A stretch of 64,000 bases of DNA, from contig CM120642.1 of NCBI GenBank assembly GCA_051362555.1, positions 8,122,001-8,186,000 of the forward strand, written 5' to 3'. Origin of the DNA: Lingula anatina (taxonomy: Eukaryota; Animalia; Brachiopoda). The notes below the pieces were generated by a model that made no database searches, had not been told where the DNA came from, and saw only the letters and a list, made by a program, of their open reading frames with translations. Shown here piece by piece: positions 13,201 to 27,990 of the stretch; position 1 is the stretch's first letter; every line of letters starts with the position of its first letter. A program made the position numbers and the translations under genes.

Positions 13201-16200
13201 CTTGGTAAATTCCATCAGGTAATAATCATTTAATAAGAGCCAGGTGTAGCCGGGTCACGTTTGTAAACACACCTACGTCGGTGACCTTTAAGCTTAAAGT
13301 GACCAAATTATATCCACAAAACAGAATTCTTCCTTGATCAGTTCAAATTAAACATTGATGAGATATTACATTTTCATTGGGATAATTTCTTAACCTAGGC
13401 TGACTGATCAACTTGTGGGTGAAAATAGGAAGTGATTACGTTTTAACCCCATTTCTTAATTATTTCTTCAAATGATTGGACATTTTAATACATGATAAAA
13501 ATTAGTAGTAACATACAGTGGTCAACATTATTAAGCTGTAAAGAACCAAACCGAGATGACAAAAGTATTAACGTAAATCTCAAATAAAGTTATGTCTAAA
13601 TTTATCATTTTTTTCAAAATGTGAACTGATGCCATGTGCCGTGTAGAATATAAATTCTTTAAGAAATCTTCAAGAATATTTTTAGATATAAAAACTGTGA
13701 GGAAAAAAGTCGTTTGGGCATCACCCGCTGCAATAATCATGAAACGCGATCTGAGAAATAACACGGTACATAATCACCAACAATCACACGAATGCTTGGA
13801 CGAAAATCCTCACTAAGCATAACAAACATCGACTCCTCCTACGCTGGGGCTACACGCTGTTTCTCTTTTTTGGAGCTTTGTAAGAAGCGAACGCTGCGGA
13901 TACGGAATTAGTCTTGAAACTTAACACGAATTTCTCTCACATATGGTGTAGTGGTGTTAGAACTCGGCATTCCACACTCGGGTAGAGAGTTCAGATCGTG
14001 TGGGCGAGCGATCTGAGATGAGAAGCTGACGCAACCTTGGATGTGTTTTTATTTCAAATGATTATTTTGATAAAAACCTCTGACCTAGCTTTACCGGCCG
14101 CGTAATTTATTTCATCGTACGTTGACACCTGCGAAAACGCATGGTTCATACAGTACATTGATGTGTCCAAAAACATTTATCGGAACATTTCCTTTGCTGG
14201 TTACGTAAACGTCAAGATTGAAAATACATTTGTACCTGTAGATATGCATTCATAATAAGAATTAATCAAAAGTCAGCAAATGTACAAAGTGTACACTTTT
14301 ATTCTTGCAACAATACCGTTACAAATTAAATGACGATAAAAAACACCAGCGTGCCTTTTAATATGACAATAGTTGCTTTACTTAAAATATCCCAATATTT
14401 CAGTTCACCAGGTAAACATCCAATTCCGAAAATCATAAGGTTTGAATTGAAACATAACTAGACTAGGACGTTTCTGGGTATCTTATGCAGTCTCAATAAA
14501 ACCAAAACGTCCAGCAATCAACCAATAAAACATTAAGCCGGCTGTAAAGTGAAAACCGAGCTTGTATCAGAGATAGCAGTGCACAGTTCATACATACTGC
14601 ATGCGCTCACGTGACCACATGGGTACTTTACCGAAACCTGTGAGTAATGCTTAACGCGCGTCTAAATTTGCCCCATATGGGCATCCAATATACACGCTCC
14701 ACTGTCTGGCTTCTGCGGTGGCTCCAGGAATTATAGGAGAATTGCCAGATCCAGTTACCTGTAGACATCCAAATTTAGCCCCGGCAGTATGGCTACCTGC
14801 CCACGTACATGGCAGACGTATAGCATAAACGCCCCAATGCTCGAGTGCACAGGTAGCGTCTAAAACCAACGAACAGCCCATTCACCACCGTTACGATTTT
14901 TAAGACCTAGGCTTTGAGAGACGAGTTTTATCTTTTACCCTGGCAAGACACTATATTTTGGGTGTTCAAAAACTTTTATGTATTAAGAAAATTGTTCTAC
15001 TTTTCAATGAAATATCAGTTCATCTGAATGGTAAATACTTTTAACCAGGTTCGGTCTTTAAAAATTTACTCAGCTTCATCTGAGTTTTATTGTTTAAAAA
15101 ATTGAAATCATTACAAGAGCAGACCCTCTTGTGCAGTTAAGCATAAAACACTATAATGTGTCACAAAGGGAAAGGATATTTATTAACATATGATGTAAAC
15201 GACAGGTTCATCAACCCCCCTCCCTAGCTCCCTCCCTCCCCCCCTCTCTCTCTCTCTCATGCAAACAGATCAGCTGAGGAAAAGCTGGAAACAGACCCTT
15301 TCTAACAATGTACACCTGTATAAATCTTGCAGATTGCAGGTCAGATATTTTCAAAGCAAGCAAAGCAAGGCAAGTCTTCGGTTGCTACTCTGACTGCAAC
15401 AAATGCACCCCTACACCAAACATCTGCTTAACTGTGTCTGGAAAATTTCACTATATCACGAAGACTAGTTCTGAACTGTCTCGTAACATCAGGAATTGTA
15501 CCCTAGACTTTTGCTAGTTATTTTTACTTGTTATGTAAAAGTACAACTATACACGACTTTAAAAAATTCTATACAAATATTCTGAGCTGTTTAGGCCGCC
15601 CGTGGGGCTTCCATCTTCCATTCCTTATTTGCTGCCATACTGCCACTTTCATTTGCTTATAACAACCGCTGTTATCATTTCTTTGCCTACCCCTTGTGTA
15701 TACGAACAGCCCTCCCCAGATATCCCGCGTCTGCACCGAAAACACTACATCGTTTTCTAAAAGTATGAATGTCAGAGTAATGGGTCAAAAAGACATGCAT
15801 TTTTCAGATAAAATATAGAGTAAACTTATTCAAATATACACAATAGAAAATATTTTTAAAGCTTAAAAACAGAATTATATAGGAATTATAAGAAATACGA
15901 AACTACACAAGAGAAAATATTTTTAAAGCTTAAAAACAGAATTATATAGGAATTATAAGAAATACGAAACTACACAATAGAAAATATTTTTAAAGCTTAA
16001 AAACAGAATTATATAGGAATTACAAGAAATACGAAATGCTGTAGAACAGACCGTATACAAAATAAGATAACATGTGTACGCGTAAACATGCCAAGTATAC
16101 GACAGTGAAATTTGAAGCACGGTGCCCTGCCGCTTCTTCGATTGTTGTTACCGCAACGCCAGTGTTAATCTTTTTACACGAGCAAGTTTCGAATACCAAC

Positions 16201-19200
16201 GCCTGCAGAAGCTTCAAGTGATGAGTGAGTTAACCTTATAGGGTCACGCAAACAGTGTAGCTATGGTTACCCTGTAACCTTGGTTACGAATCAAAGTAAC
16301 CGTTTCAAAAACATCTTCCAGTGTTACTAAAGGTGGAATTATCTACTATAGGTAGTTAACAGAATTTAGTCAACTGCAATTCACTCATTTCTATTGACTA
16401 AAGAGAAAATATTTTTGCTTCCCGCTACTTCTTTTTACGACCATACACGTACTGTTTCTGTTTGACAGAAATGTGTCTGCTGTACATTTATTTTTTTTTT
16501 GTCCTGTAGATTGGATGCAGAGTTAAACATAGAATACACTTTTTTCTCTATACTTAGAAAACTTTTAGTACAACTTTTTCTAGTAGTTTAATACTTTCAA
16601 CGTTTAATTTCCTTTGAATAAACAATATTATTAAATTATTAAATACTATCTGTTAATGCATGTATAATTAAATGATATTGTTTCTGTGTGCTTTTGATGT
16701 GGGTTTACTTTCTTTCCCGTCCAAACCTGCTTTTATTTCACATTCTGGTCGCCCGCTAATATTTTAGATGCGCATAAGAGAACTAGAAGATGCCTTGGAC
16801 AGCGAAAGGGATGCGCGCGTCAGGGTAAGGAACAGCCGATAGATGTCAACAGCTGCAGCAAGACGACACTGATATCAGCTTTTCTGCATTGCATGCTTTA
16901 TTTTATATCACTAAACCCTATAAAACACATGGGAAATTTTAGGTATTGTACCATTAGCTGGTTGTGTAGAAACAAATACATTGACTGCAGGAGGAAGAAA
17001 GCAAATGGGAAGAGGGCATGAAGAAATTCACATAGAATTTCTGATGCTGCTGCCCTGCATAAGCATATGGACGATGCTGTATCAAGACATGTTAAGGAAA
17101 AATTACCAGAGTTAAAAAGAGGGACAATTTTTTACAATTAAAATCCTTCCACAGTCCATTTTTTTGGAAATGAGTAGCCAAATATTATTATCATTCATTG
17201 TTATATTTGGCAGCTTTTAGAAATATTTCATCTTTTTTTGGCCAATCTTTTATCATCCAAATACAACCTCTCCCCTTTTTTCATTATACGCAGCTCTCAT
17301 CTGCTTCAACTCTTTGCACTTTCGTCGCATGCTGCATGCTTTCTGTTTAATTCCAGAATCGCAAAACATTAGCAGAACTGGAACAAAAAGACGTAGAACA
17401 CGCATGGGTAAGTGTGGAAGCCTCAAAGCAATATCTGCTTAACTATGTATCATCTCCTCCTGACGTCATCCCTTCTCCTGACGTCATCTCTCTCTTCATG
17501 ATGTGACTTTCGAACTCTACCCAATAAATTTCAAGTCGACCATTTAAAATTATGTATAAATTCGCTAGGGGCACATTTTCTTCCATGAAAATCTTGAAAG
17601 CTTAGATTTCCAGACAAAACTAAGGGCGATTTTCTATATCAAACATCTATTCATTTGAGCGCTTATAAGATAAAATACTTTTCTTTTGCACCACTTATTT
17701 CTCTTATCATTTCCAGTAATTTGTATATTACAATCAAAATAAACGAGTCGTATTTGAGGCTTCCTATTGTTGCATGTAATATCTATGACATGGTTCCACA
17801 CTGCATGTGCCTTGTACCGTCCGTATATTTCAGAGTCGGATATCAGAACTAGAAACCATGCTAGAGGAAGAACAGCATGCTCGCAAATCGGTAAGACCGT
17901 ATCAACAGAGTAGACCTGATGGTCTAACATTGACTAGACTAGAACTCTGAATAGCCTAGTCTGCTTATGTGCCTTAGCAAAGCTAGTCTAACACTGCAAT
18001 CTACTTATATCACTATCTTAGATCCGTCTGCGAGAGTTGGAGGACGCTCTTGATATGGAGAGAGAGTACCGCTTGAGGGTAAGTCGAAAGCAAGGATTGG
18101 AATGACCGCAACTCGAAAGTAAGAATTTAAATATAGTTCGGCAATGAACATCTGTAACGTTTTGAATGTCTTTAAAAGGGTAAAGGTCATTATTTCAATG
18201 CTAAGATAAGTCTAGGGGTTATTTTAAATCATTTCATCCTCACTGATATAATGACTTTGCCTTACTCTTAACAATCACCTAACCTTTCGATATTTATCTA
18301 GCCATATAGTCTTTCTGCTTTTGCGCACATAGAATAACGCATATACCTAAGTGATACATACATATATAGTCATTGTGTTACGTTATATGCTAGATAGTAT
18401 GTATAGTTTATGAGTTGCCTTGTGGCTCACGTCACCGGTGTAAAGGTCCGATACCGCTGGTGTCTGGCACCGTCTAAGAAGCTGAGATGTAGGAAGACAC
18501 AAAGAGAGATGACGGAGCAACTGGTTTGAATTTTTAACGATGATGATGATGATATCAATATAATGAGATTGTAAATAGAATAAGTTCTATTTTGCAAGAA
18601 AAATCATATAATGAATAAAGAGAATGGATAAAAGCTAACAATTGAAATATTTTGAGATTAGCCAAAATTAAATGTATTGAACTGAACTTAATTAGAATTG
18701 GATTCACGCACCTGTTCAAAATAATTGCCAAAAAATTAGGCCCACGTTTCTGCAAAATATTTCTCTTATTTTTTGAGTTATGTCTTTTCCAGGCTGAGAA
18801 GATGGTAACCGAACTGTCCTACCAGTGTGAGCAAATGCAGACTCAACTAGAGGAAGCCGGTGGATTGTCTATCACACACGTAAGCATTCTAGTAAACAAT
18901 GTGGCAGAAAAGCATTGCGGTTGTTGAGAAAGTATCAACATCACATATACCGCAATGCGTATCGCAGCAAACAGATTCGGATATATGCTCAGTGCGTTAC
19001 ACGGGACCTAGAATATGATCCTTAGCGTCATATTAAAAAGGGGAGTTTTTCTTACGTGATATATGCACATTTAAAATCACCCAAAAGGTACATACAATTA
19101 GACATCATTCCTGTTGATTTTTTGTCAGCACACGGAAACATTCAAACAATTTAAAACCTTGTTGGGACCACGGTCTGCACAAGACGTATCTCAGTACACA

Positions 19201-22200
19201 TATGTTACCAGCATTTTCTCACATGAATTATTTCAGATCGAAATCCAGAGGAAGCGCGACCAAGAGATTAGCAGACTACGCAAGGAACTCGACACAGCCA
19301 ACGCCCAGTTTGAAGCAACAGAGCACGCCCTGAGGAAGAGGTTCCAGGACCAGATCAACGACCTCTCAGAGCAGGTCGACTATCTCAGCAAACACAAGAG
19401 CAAGTACGTACATATACTGTACATGTATAGAGTCTTTAGAATTACACAAGAAATATGTCAGGCATATTAGCCTTGTAGACCTCTCCAAACCTAATGCAAC
19501 TTTTTTCTCTTTGTTTGTCTTGCTTTCTGCTCCTGCTTCTTGGTGAAAAATGTACTTAATGCATTGGCACCTTTGCAATTTTAGGGCTGAGAAAGAAAAG
19601 CAGGTACTCATCATTGAAATTGATGGACTTTCGACATCTCTGGATGCTACTACCAAAGCCAGGGTAAGTCATATTGTATATTGTATATGCAGTTTAGTTT
19701 CTTATCACATGGTTATATCTCATAAATAAGTATATATTTTAAAATTGTAAGAACATAGCCATTGTATCAAAATTTGCTCACATGAACAAAGGAATAAAAA
19801 ATAGCCCTATAATAAAAAAAAAAAAGATAATTACACGGTAATTACTTGCATGAATCCAGAACAGACATAAATAAAAGTGAGAACTTACCAGAGTTTAATA
19901 GACCCGTTCCATTCCAGCAATCCGCCGAAGCCAAGCTCGAGGGTCTGGAGGGTGCCGTGGCCAGGCTGCGCGCACAGGTCGATGACCTTAACAAACAACT
20001 GAACGACGCCAACGCCGCCAGAGCCAAGCTGACCTCTGAGAACTTCGAGCTCCAGCACACCATCCAGGAACTGGACAGCACCAGCGGACAGCTCGCACAG
20101 GCCAAGAAGCAGCTGGCAGGTGCTCTGGACGACGCCAAGAGGAACTTGGACGATGAGGTCAGGTCCCGCCAGAACCTCCAGGCTTCCCTATCCGCCCTCC
20201 AGGCTGAGTATGACAACCTGAACATGCGTTACGACGAGGAATCTGAGACCAACTCCGCACTGCGTGCTCAACTTGGAAAGCTTCAGGCTGAGTTGGCCGC
20301 ACTCAAGGCCAAGTATGACCGGGAATTGTTGGCCAAGACTGAGGAATTGGATGAGCTTCGGTAAGTGAGTTGTGATAACAGAAAAGATCTCAACATCAGT
20401 CCGAGTGGAACCATGGAGAGTGATGGTCGCAACTTAATAAAACAAAGATACGATTTCCACTGCTGTGTGTTTGATTTCTCATTGGGTAAATTTATTTTGT
20501 TTTATTGGTTCACCCAAACAAGATGCTCGTTGAATGAGAACGCGACATTTTACAGTCCGAAAATGATCCTTTTCCTATGAGTGATTTTAGTGTCCTTTGC
20601 ATCCATGCATTTGATCATTCCAGGCGAATGAAAATCTTAGGTCAATCCAATAGTAAATTTATGAACCATACATTTAACTATACGCCTGTGTTATGTATGT
20701 GGTGTTTTCATGGACAGAAACGAAGAGCATCTTCCACTTTGATCACTTAACTTAGTCATGTACTAATTCGGTTTCCAGTCGCAGACTCACCATCCGTATC
20801 ACCGAGCTGGAGGACATTGCAGAGCAGGCCCGTTCCAGAGCTGCTGGCTTGGAGAAGGCAAAGAACAGACTGCAGATCGAACTCAGAGACATCACAATTG
20901 AACTGGACAATGTAAGTAGATAAATATCTGTACTGATTTTGTCAAGGTCTGCTTCGTTCGTTCGTGATCTTCAATTGAATAGACGACTGTGACCCAATAT
21001 TTTGTAATATAGTTGAAAATAAGTGATACGGCTGCTAGTATGCCATAAGTGATTGGCTGATAATTCTGTTACAGATAAGGGTGAATAACCTTAACGGTGT
21101 ACCAAATGTGCTCAAAATCCCCTGGGGTTAAAACCCGTCGTGCTGTGAATAACCGATCGTTTACCGGGAAGACACAGTTCTAAATAGGTCTTGGGTTTGT
21201 AAGCACTTTCCAAAAAGATCACCACATCTCCCACGCCATGCTCTTTTCATATCCGTCAGCATATAAAGCAGACGTTTATTAAAGGTCGATTAATTTTAAA
21301 TCCATAAAGAGCAAAATTGGCTTTGACACCTTTAGACAGTTATTAGTTTGATATCTCCAGGTACCCCAGAGAAGAACACGCGAAGTTCAGAGTATACATC
21401 AGTTTATATAATTGTATCGTACACACACTAGGGACAGTCAGCTCCAAAACTTACTCACTGGGTTTAAATTGGAAACATGGCTCGGACCCCCCTCTGTTTT
21501 AATGTCACTCTGGGATTATTTTAGTCCGCTGCAGTGTGCGCGGCGTCTCATTATCCATTTTGATATCAAACCGAAAGTTTGCTTTTGTGAATGGAAGACG
21601 CTTCGGTATAAGAAGTATACTTAAGCGTTATAGAATATCGTATTTGGGACGGTGTTCTGACCGTCGTGTTCAGTATGTATCGACAAAGAAACTCGCGGAT
21701 ACTTGGGGAATATGACAGTTATTCAGAATATTGCAAACCCGTAATGAGATGGATGGACGAGGTAGGGTACGTTAGAAAACAGTAATTTCAAAAGCCAGTG
21801 TTAACCAACATGAAGTAATATGATAATCAAGTTATATCTGTGACAGAAAGAAAAACAAAATGTTTTGAACAAAAATGACTCTGACTTTTTCATATAAGAA
21901 GGTAGTTTTGCAGGATTCTTAATTCAAGATTTTATATTCATAATTGGACAAACGCATCCCCCTGGTTAACAGGCATACCCCTAAAAGCCTTTTTGAGTAC
22001 CTCCACGAGCACAGTGCTATTCCGATGCCCTTCAGTTTCAGTTTCCATTTCTACCCCACAGGCCAACGCCCTCAATGCGGACCTGAGCAGCAGATTGAAG
22101 CAGGCAGAGAAGGACAAGGCTGCCCTTGAGGCCATGGTCGCTGAACTTAAGAACGACTTGGGCAACCTGGCCAACGAGAACAAGGCCCTTGCAGCCGACA

Positions 22201-25200
22201 ACGGCAGACTGAAGGTCAGCGTTACTGAACTTACCGAAAAGAACCAAGCCCTAGACAGAGAGAACCAAGGATTGAACGGTAAGTGACGAAGGTTGTATGC
22301 AGCATGGTATATCTCACATGGTGAGAGGGTTTGGTATTCTTTGGTAATGATTTCAAATGGGGAAAACCAAACGTGTTTTTATGCACACATATTTATATAC
22401 GTACGACATAACAATTTTGTAATTCCAAAAACTCTATTGCGAAGATCGGAACTGCCGTCGTAGCCTCCCTGAGGTGTGTCCATATAAATCAAAGCGCCCT
22501 TCCAACCAAATAGCGAAATCTGATCATATTTCCCAATTCAAAACTGTAGCGTGTGTATAAAACCAGATTTAAACGTCTTTCGCAACAGACACTCGTCCTT
22601 AATTTGAACTGTTGACCACGTACATGAGTACCATGGCACTGCCTGGAATAATACCTACAGTAGAAATCTTCTTAAACTTGTCTCTCTCATTCTATGTAAT
22701 ATCATAATTATGGACAGCACTACAGCTAGCTGCAGTTATTATAACATAACAGAATTCGTATTTAGATAATTAAGAAATGAACAGTGTAAAACAGTGTTAA
22801 GGGTCATCGCCTTCTATTCGTTTGGGGTCGACCAAAAGTGGATACATGACGCGCGCTAACAGACTTGGCTGACTTGGCTGTGAAATGCAGGGAATATTAC
22901 AGTATTTCCCCGTACAAAGACAGTAAAAATAACTGAAGTGAAATGTTACTGTTATCACGTGCCTCCTTTCCACAATTACTGTAGTCTAAACCATACCTGT
23001 TCTTAATCCGACCTCACTCTATAAGTTAACCAAACTCAATTTCTATTCAAATCAACAACACAACCATGCGTGTCCTCTGCTATAATGTCTGGGTTTGACC
23101 TTTGCTTGTCTGAAACAACATGGTTTAGTACTGCCTTGGCAGGATAAACTACCTTTAGCCACACCAAATGCTTACAAAACTTATATTACATTGGCAAAAT
23201 GACTTGCAAGCCATCGACAGCGATCTGATGATACTCATGTTTCCTTTTACATTAGTTCTTGCCATGTTAACCAACTCGCTGGCTCTTGACTGTAGTTTGA
23301 CCTATACATGATAGTATCTTAGTTTATTGCTTTTTTATGGTGCATCCCTGGACTTATTAACGTATTGGAAACAGGAAATACGCAGGAAGAGCACCTGTCG
23401 AGATGAAACGTCAAGCACAACTGAGGTGAAAAGGACTGAAATCTTGCGAGCTTTTGATCGTGTAATTTGAGCTCTTTTTCTACCTGGAAAAGCCTTGCCG
23501 TTTTTGGTTTGTAAGGCATGAGCCAGATCCAGAATATCTATCTGAGTGGTAGCCTTCGAGCAACACCTGTGTTTTGTAATTACCAGGTGATAAACGCTCA
23601 GCAACCTATACTTATCCACGGGAATACAATCGTCTGTATGCAATGAAGTAACCTACTTATTTATCCAAAGCGTGATATCAATATGTAAGTTTACTTGTGC
23701 GTAATTTAATAAACAGCTAACAGCATGGTTTCTGTAGCACATATGCCACTTACGCTATCATCACATCTTGCTTCTTATCATATTGGTTATTCTGAGAAAT
23801 ACGTATGGCAACAAACAGCGGCTAAGTGCTATAATTTACATTGCTATTTGATATAATTTTGAACTGTAAAAAAAGCACATCTGCGAGTTAACAAATCAAA
23901 TATTTTGATGTTTTGATCATCTTGTTCATAGCCCAGAAAACTGTTCAATAGACGAGGTGCTGAAACCAGCAAACGTTCCTTTCCTTCCTAAAATATGCTT
24001 AAAACGCACTTTTGATAATAAACGTGCATATTAATAACATGGTAGTTCTCCAAATGAGGTTTCAAAAACTGTCGATAAAGGAGTGCAAGTTCTTGTTTAT
24101 TCAGAACTAAATTGAAATTAATATATATCAAAGTTCACAACTCAAGTGGTAAAATTCAACAACAAACTTTTTTGTGTAGGATTTATTTTTGAAGTCCATT
24201 ATACTTTTAACTCGGTTGATATACACAAGATGATGTAATATTACCGATCCTTTGTACTTAGGATAACTTTATAGAGAAACGGTTGAAGTTACAACGAAAT
24301 CTATTACACTAGGAAAACGCTACATCGTAGGAGACAATTTGCATCGGTCATCACGTTACTACATGTACATAATCGTGAGACCCACGAGAAGATCAAACCT
24401 TATCCTACTCAAAAATAAAAATTGAAAGATTTAAATTGAAGAATTTTATAATGCAATTTCTCATTGACAAGTTACAGTTTACCCCCGTGGATAATGTTAA
24501 GGTCACTGAAACCTTGTGTTTCTCTCCAGGCCAGGTTCGTGAACTGAAGAACGAGCTCCGCGATGCCAACCGCCAGATCCAAGAACTCACTGCCGCCAAC
24601 GGCGACCTCAGGAATGAGAACGACATGCTGAAGAACGCTGTCAAGGACCTCGAGGATGCTCTCAGGGACGCTGAGGCCAGAGCCAAGGCCGCACAAGACG
24701 CCCTTGCTGCCCTCAAGGCCGAGATGGAAAGAAGACTTCGTGAGAAGGAAGAGGAATTGGAGGCCCTGCGGTAAGTGTTGAAGAGGGGCCGTCATGAATT
24801 TGCGTATAACAGTGTGCTTATGAAATGTTAATATTTATTCGAGGCATGTGCATATAACCTCTTTAGTCCTACTCTCGTTGATCACAGGTAGGTAAAACCT
24901 ATTCTTCTTTTCATTCTTACAGCAACAGCACACGCCGCACCATCGAGGAACTTCAGCACACCATCACGGAGATCGAGGCCCGCTACAGAAGCGAGCTAGG
25001 CCGCCTGAAGAAGAAACTGGAGGCTGAAATCAGAGATCTTGAGATCGCCTTGGACGCTGCAACCAAGAAGGCAAAGGACTTTGAAGCTAAGTGCAGAGTA
25101 CTGGAAGTCAGAGTAAAGGTTTGTATATTTGTTTTGTTGAAAGGCACTGTGAAAATTACCTCATTAGATTCCACAATAGCGCTTTGACGAACGAGTCTTA

Positions 25201-25963
25201 TGCTTTTAACAGGCTAATAATAGTGGCTATTATTATTATTATAGTAATGATAATGATTATTAAAAAGCAATAACCAATTTTTAAGATGTGGTTTTTAATT
25301 TATTATTGGAAATGGATGTAACCGGTTGATAGGACCTTGAAATAATCGTTTTATGACCGTGGATGCCATTTTATTTAAGGAACTCGAAGTCCTGCTTGAG
25401 GATGAGCGCCGCCGTGCCGACGATGCCACCAACGCCCTTGGCAACTCTGAGAGAAGAAGAATCCAGCTTGCACAGGAGCTTGAGGACGTCAGGAGTCTGT
25501 ACGAAACCGTGAGTTTTCAGAATTTCAAATTTTGATCAGGAAAGTTATACTTATTGCAACGGCCAAAGTTGACGGAAACGTATTGAGAAGGCGCGTTCAA
25601 AGTGGCACGCACCATTTGTCGGTATTTATATGTAAGGCTTAATACTGTTAACATAAACATTCATTTAAGTAGACAAATTAGTTCCCAGTTTATCTGGCAA
25701 GACGACGCTATGCGCGTTTCCCCCATTCTATTAACGCAATCATGATATTTTTCCCGCACAGTCCGAGAGAGCCCGCAAGGCCTCTGAGAACGAACTGCAC
25801 GACGCCAACACCCGTATCAGCGAGATCACCATCCAGATTAACACTCTCACCAACGACAAGAGACGCCTGGAGGGTGACATTGGTGCTATCCAGTCCGATC
25901 TTGATGATGCACTGAATGCCAGCAGGGAAGCTGAGGACAGAGCTAACAGGTAGGAAAAGATTA

Positions 25964-26006
<43 letters not shown>

Positions 26007-27261
26007 TTTAAGAATATGTTTGCACAGCACATATGCTACTCGGTTCCTTTGAATAACCCAGGAAACTCGACCGCACTCATAACTGCAATCATATTCTTTC
26101 TTCATTTTCACATCTCGTCGCAACTGCTAAGCACATCTAACATATTTGCATAACCAACGTCTTCATATTCCAGACTGCAGGCTGAAGTAAGCCGACTTGC
26201 TGACGAACTCCGCCAGGAACAGGAGAACTACAAACACGCCGAGAGCCTGCGCAAACAGCTGGAGGTTGAGATTAGAGAGATCACCATCAAGTTGGAGGAG
26301 GCTGAGGCATGGGCCCAGAGGGAAGGAAAGAGAATGGTCGCCAAGTTGCAGGCTAGAGTAAGTAAAATACAGCTAGTGGTGGGGCTTATTAATCAATGCT
26401 TGTCATTCTTTTAATCATTATTCAAATCATATTTTATTATCGATAGAATAGATATCACTATAAATCGAAATGATGGTTGGTTATTTAACGTATGGCAACT
26501 CACTAAAGTTAACTGAGGCTCACGACTGAAAAAATTGATTCTCGGTTAGTGAGTAGAAAGGCATTTTTAAACTTTATTCTAGTTTCTTATTAAAAAATCC
26601 TCTTCTTTCGTCTAGGTCCGTGACTTGGAAGCCGAGCTGGAGGCCGAGCAGCGCCGCCAGAGAGACACATTGGGAGCCCTGCGCAGAGTGGAGCGTAGCT
26701 ACAAAGAGATCATCGTTCAGGCTGAGGATGACCGCAGATCGGTCGTTGACCTCCAGGACTTGATCGACAAACTGAATCTTAAGATCAAGGCATACAAACG
26801 CCAGCTTGAGGAAGCCGTAAGTATTGACTGTGGAATCTCTATGTCGTCGTACAGTAGTGAGGACGTTGTTGTCTTTAGCTATGGCAACTTCATAAAATCT
26901 GAATTTATATCTAGAATTGTCACGCGAATCTTATCCGTTGACAGGAGCTGGGTTAAATGACAGGAGTTCGAATATAGTGGCACGAATGAAGTTTAAAATA
27001 ATTACACAGTAATTCAAGGCGTAATTTCTCAAGTGATAAAATATCATTCAAAATTAAGTGTTCTCTGAGAATTTCACGAATTTTCTGCTTCTTTTTTTTT
27101 ATCAGGAGGAAGTGACGACCATTACCCTGAACAAATACCGCAAACTACAGGGTATGTTGGAAGAATCAGAATCCAGAGCTGACGCAGCTGTGCACGCCGC
27201 CCTTCGCTCCAGGCGCTCCATGTCTGTTACCAGGGAAACGTACAGAGTTGTAAAAGCATAA
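10219..27261 (+). CDS. Prm: Paramyosin, 15 coding exons, 855 aa
   Basis: join(10219..10308,16768..16824,18793..18879,19237..19403,19585..19663,19918..20360,20779..20911,22062..22278,24530..24770,24923..25118,25380..25508,25762..25949,26174..26357,26616..26816,27106..27261). All introns are GT-AG with compatible phases; total 2568 nt = 855 aa + TAA. Short non-helical head [52 protein letters not shown], continuous myosin-tail-type coiled coil ([37 protein letters not shown]; [18 protein letters not shown]) and tail [18 protein letters not shown]. There is no motor domain, and the size matches invertebrate paramyosins. Confidence 0.95.
15837..16036. repeat. Tandem minisatellite, 3 x 67 bp, in paramyosin intron 1
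   Basis: Unit TACACAATAGAAAATATTTTTAAAGCTTAAAAACAGAATTATATAGGAATTATAAGAAATACGAAAC starts at 15837, 15904 and 15971; copies are nearly identical with no spacers. Confidence 0.95.
25965..26004. repeat. (ATT)n microsatellite in paramyosin intron 12
   Basis: About 13 consecutive ATT units seen directly. Confidence 0.95.
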
Positions 27262-27524
27262 ATAGGTATGCCAGGCAGAATACATACTTGCTGTTATTTC
27301 GCACAGTAGATGCACTATTATTGTCTCGGAAACACATTTGATCTCATGAAAATTATGTAATTAAGTAATTTGTTCCAAACTCAGCATTTTTATCGCCGTT
27401 TATGCACCCGTCATACCGAAAAGAAATCTGCAGCGTGTAATGGCTTTCGAGTCGCTGAGCTATTTATATTGGAACTTATCTATTTATGAGTTCTTTTCCT
27501 AACATTTTTCTTCTTTTTTTCCAG

Positions 27525-27990
27525 CTTCTATACGTCTCAAGTGCCCTGTGTTTTAAATCACCCAGCTACTTTCACAAACTGTTACATTTTAACTGAATGG
27601 AGATCACTTTAGACATAAAACGAAACAAAAACTTGGCTATTCTTTCGTATATTTGTTGTAACTGAACTAAAACTGTGGAACAAAGTACACTGAGGAAACC
27701 AAGTATTTTTACGTCATCTTCATCTTGGAGGGGGTCACGTGATCATCGCTGATTGGGTGGGTCCACTAGGCTGCGCCATCTTGACTTTCCATCGTACCAA
27801 CAGCAACACCAACCAACGCCACTGAATGCCATTTAACCAACCGGTGGTCAAGCGATTCCCTTTCTTGATGCCATGTCCGGCATGTGCGACACTGCCCATG
27901 TTTATATTTGTTATGTTGTTATAAACTTTTGTATGTATTTTACAATGCTGATATATTTAGGACTACTTGAACTAGCTTTTATATATTAAA
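27525..27990 (+). other. Putative non-coding terminal exon (3' UTR) of paramyosin
   Basis: Donor AG|GTATGC at 27266, 4 nt after the stop. Strong polypyrimidine acceptor TTTTTCTTCTTTTTTTCCAG ends at 27524. Candidate poly(A) signals ATTAAA 27985-27990 or AATAAA 28135-28140. Confidence 0.6.

Noticed and set aside
13944-14000. tRNA or tRNA-derived SINE head (TGGTGTAGTGG A-box-like, GAGTTCAGATC B-box-like)
   Set aside because: No cloverleaf, a degenerate B box and no second copy in the window; too weak to call.
15837-16036. CRISPR-like array
   Set aside because: Head-to-tail 67-bp units with no unique spacers, inside a eukaryotic intron.
19842-26123. Minus-strand ORFs (19842-20225, 21938-22201, 24405-24716, 24472-24795, 25740-26123)
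   Set aside because: They coincide with paramyosin exons and are antisense shadows of biased coiled-coil codons.
10219-27261. Myosin heavy chain rod, or catchin/myorod
   Set aside because: No motor or IQ exons upstream, a short paramyosin-type head with its own promoter, and 855 aa length all fit paramyosin.
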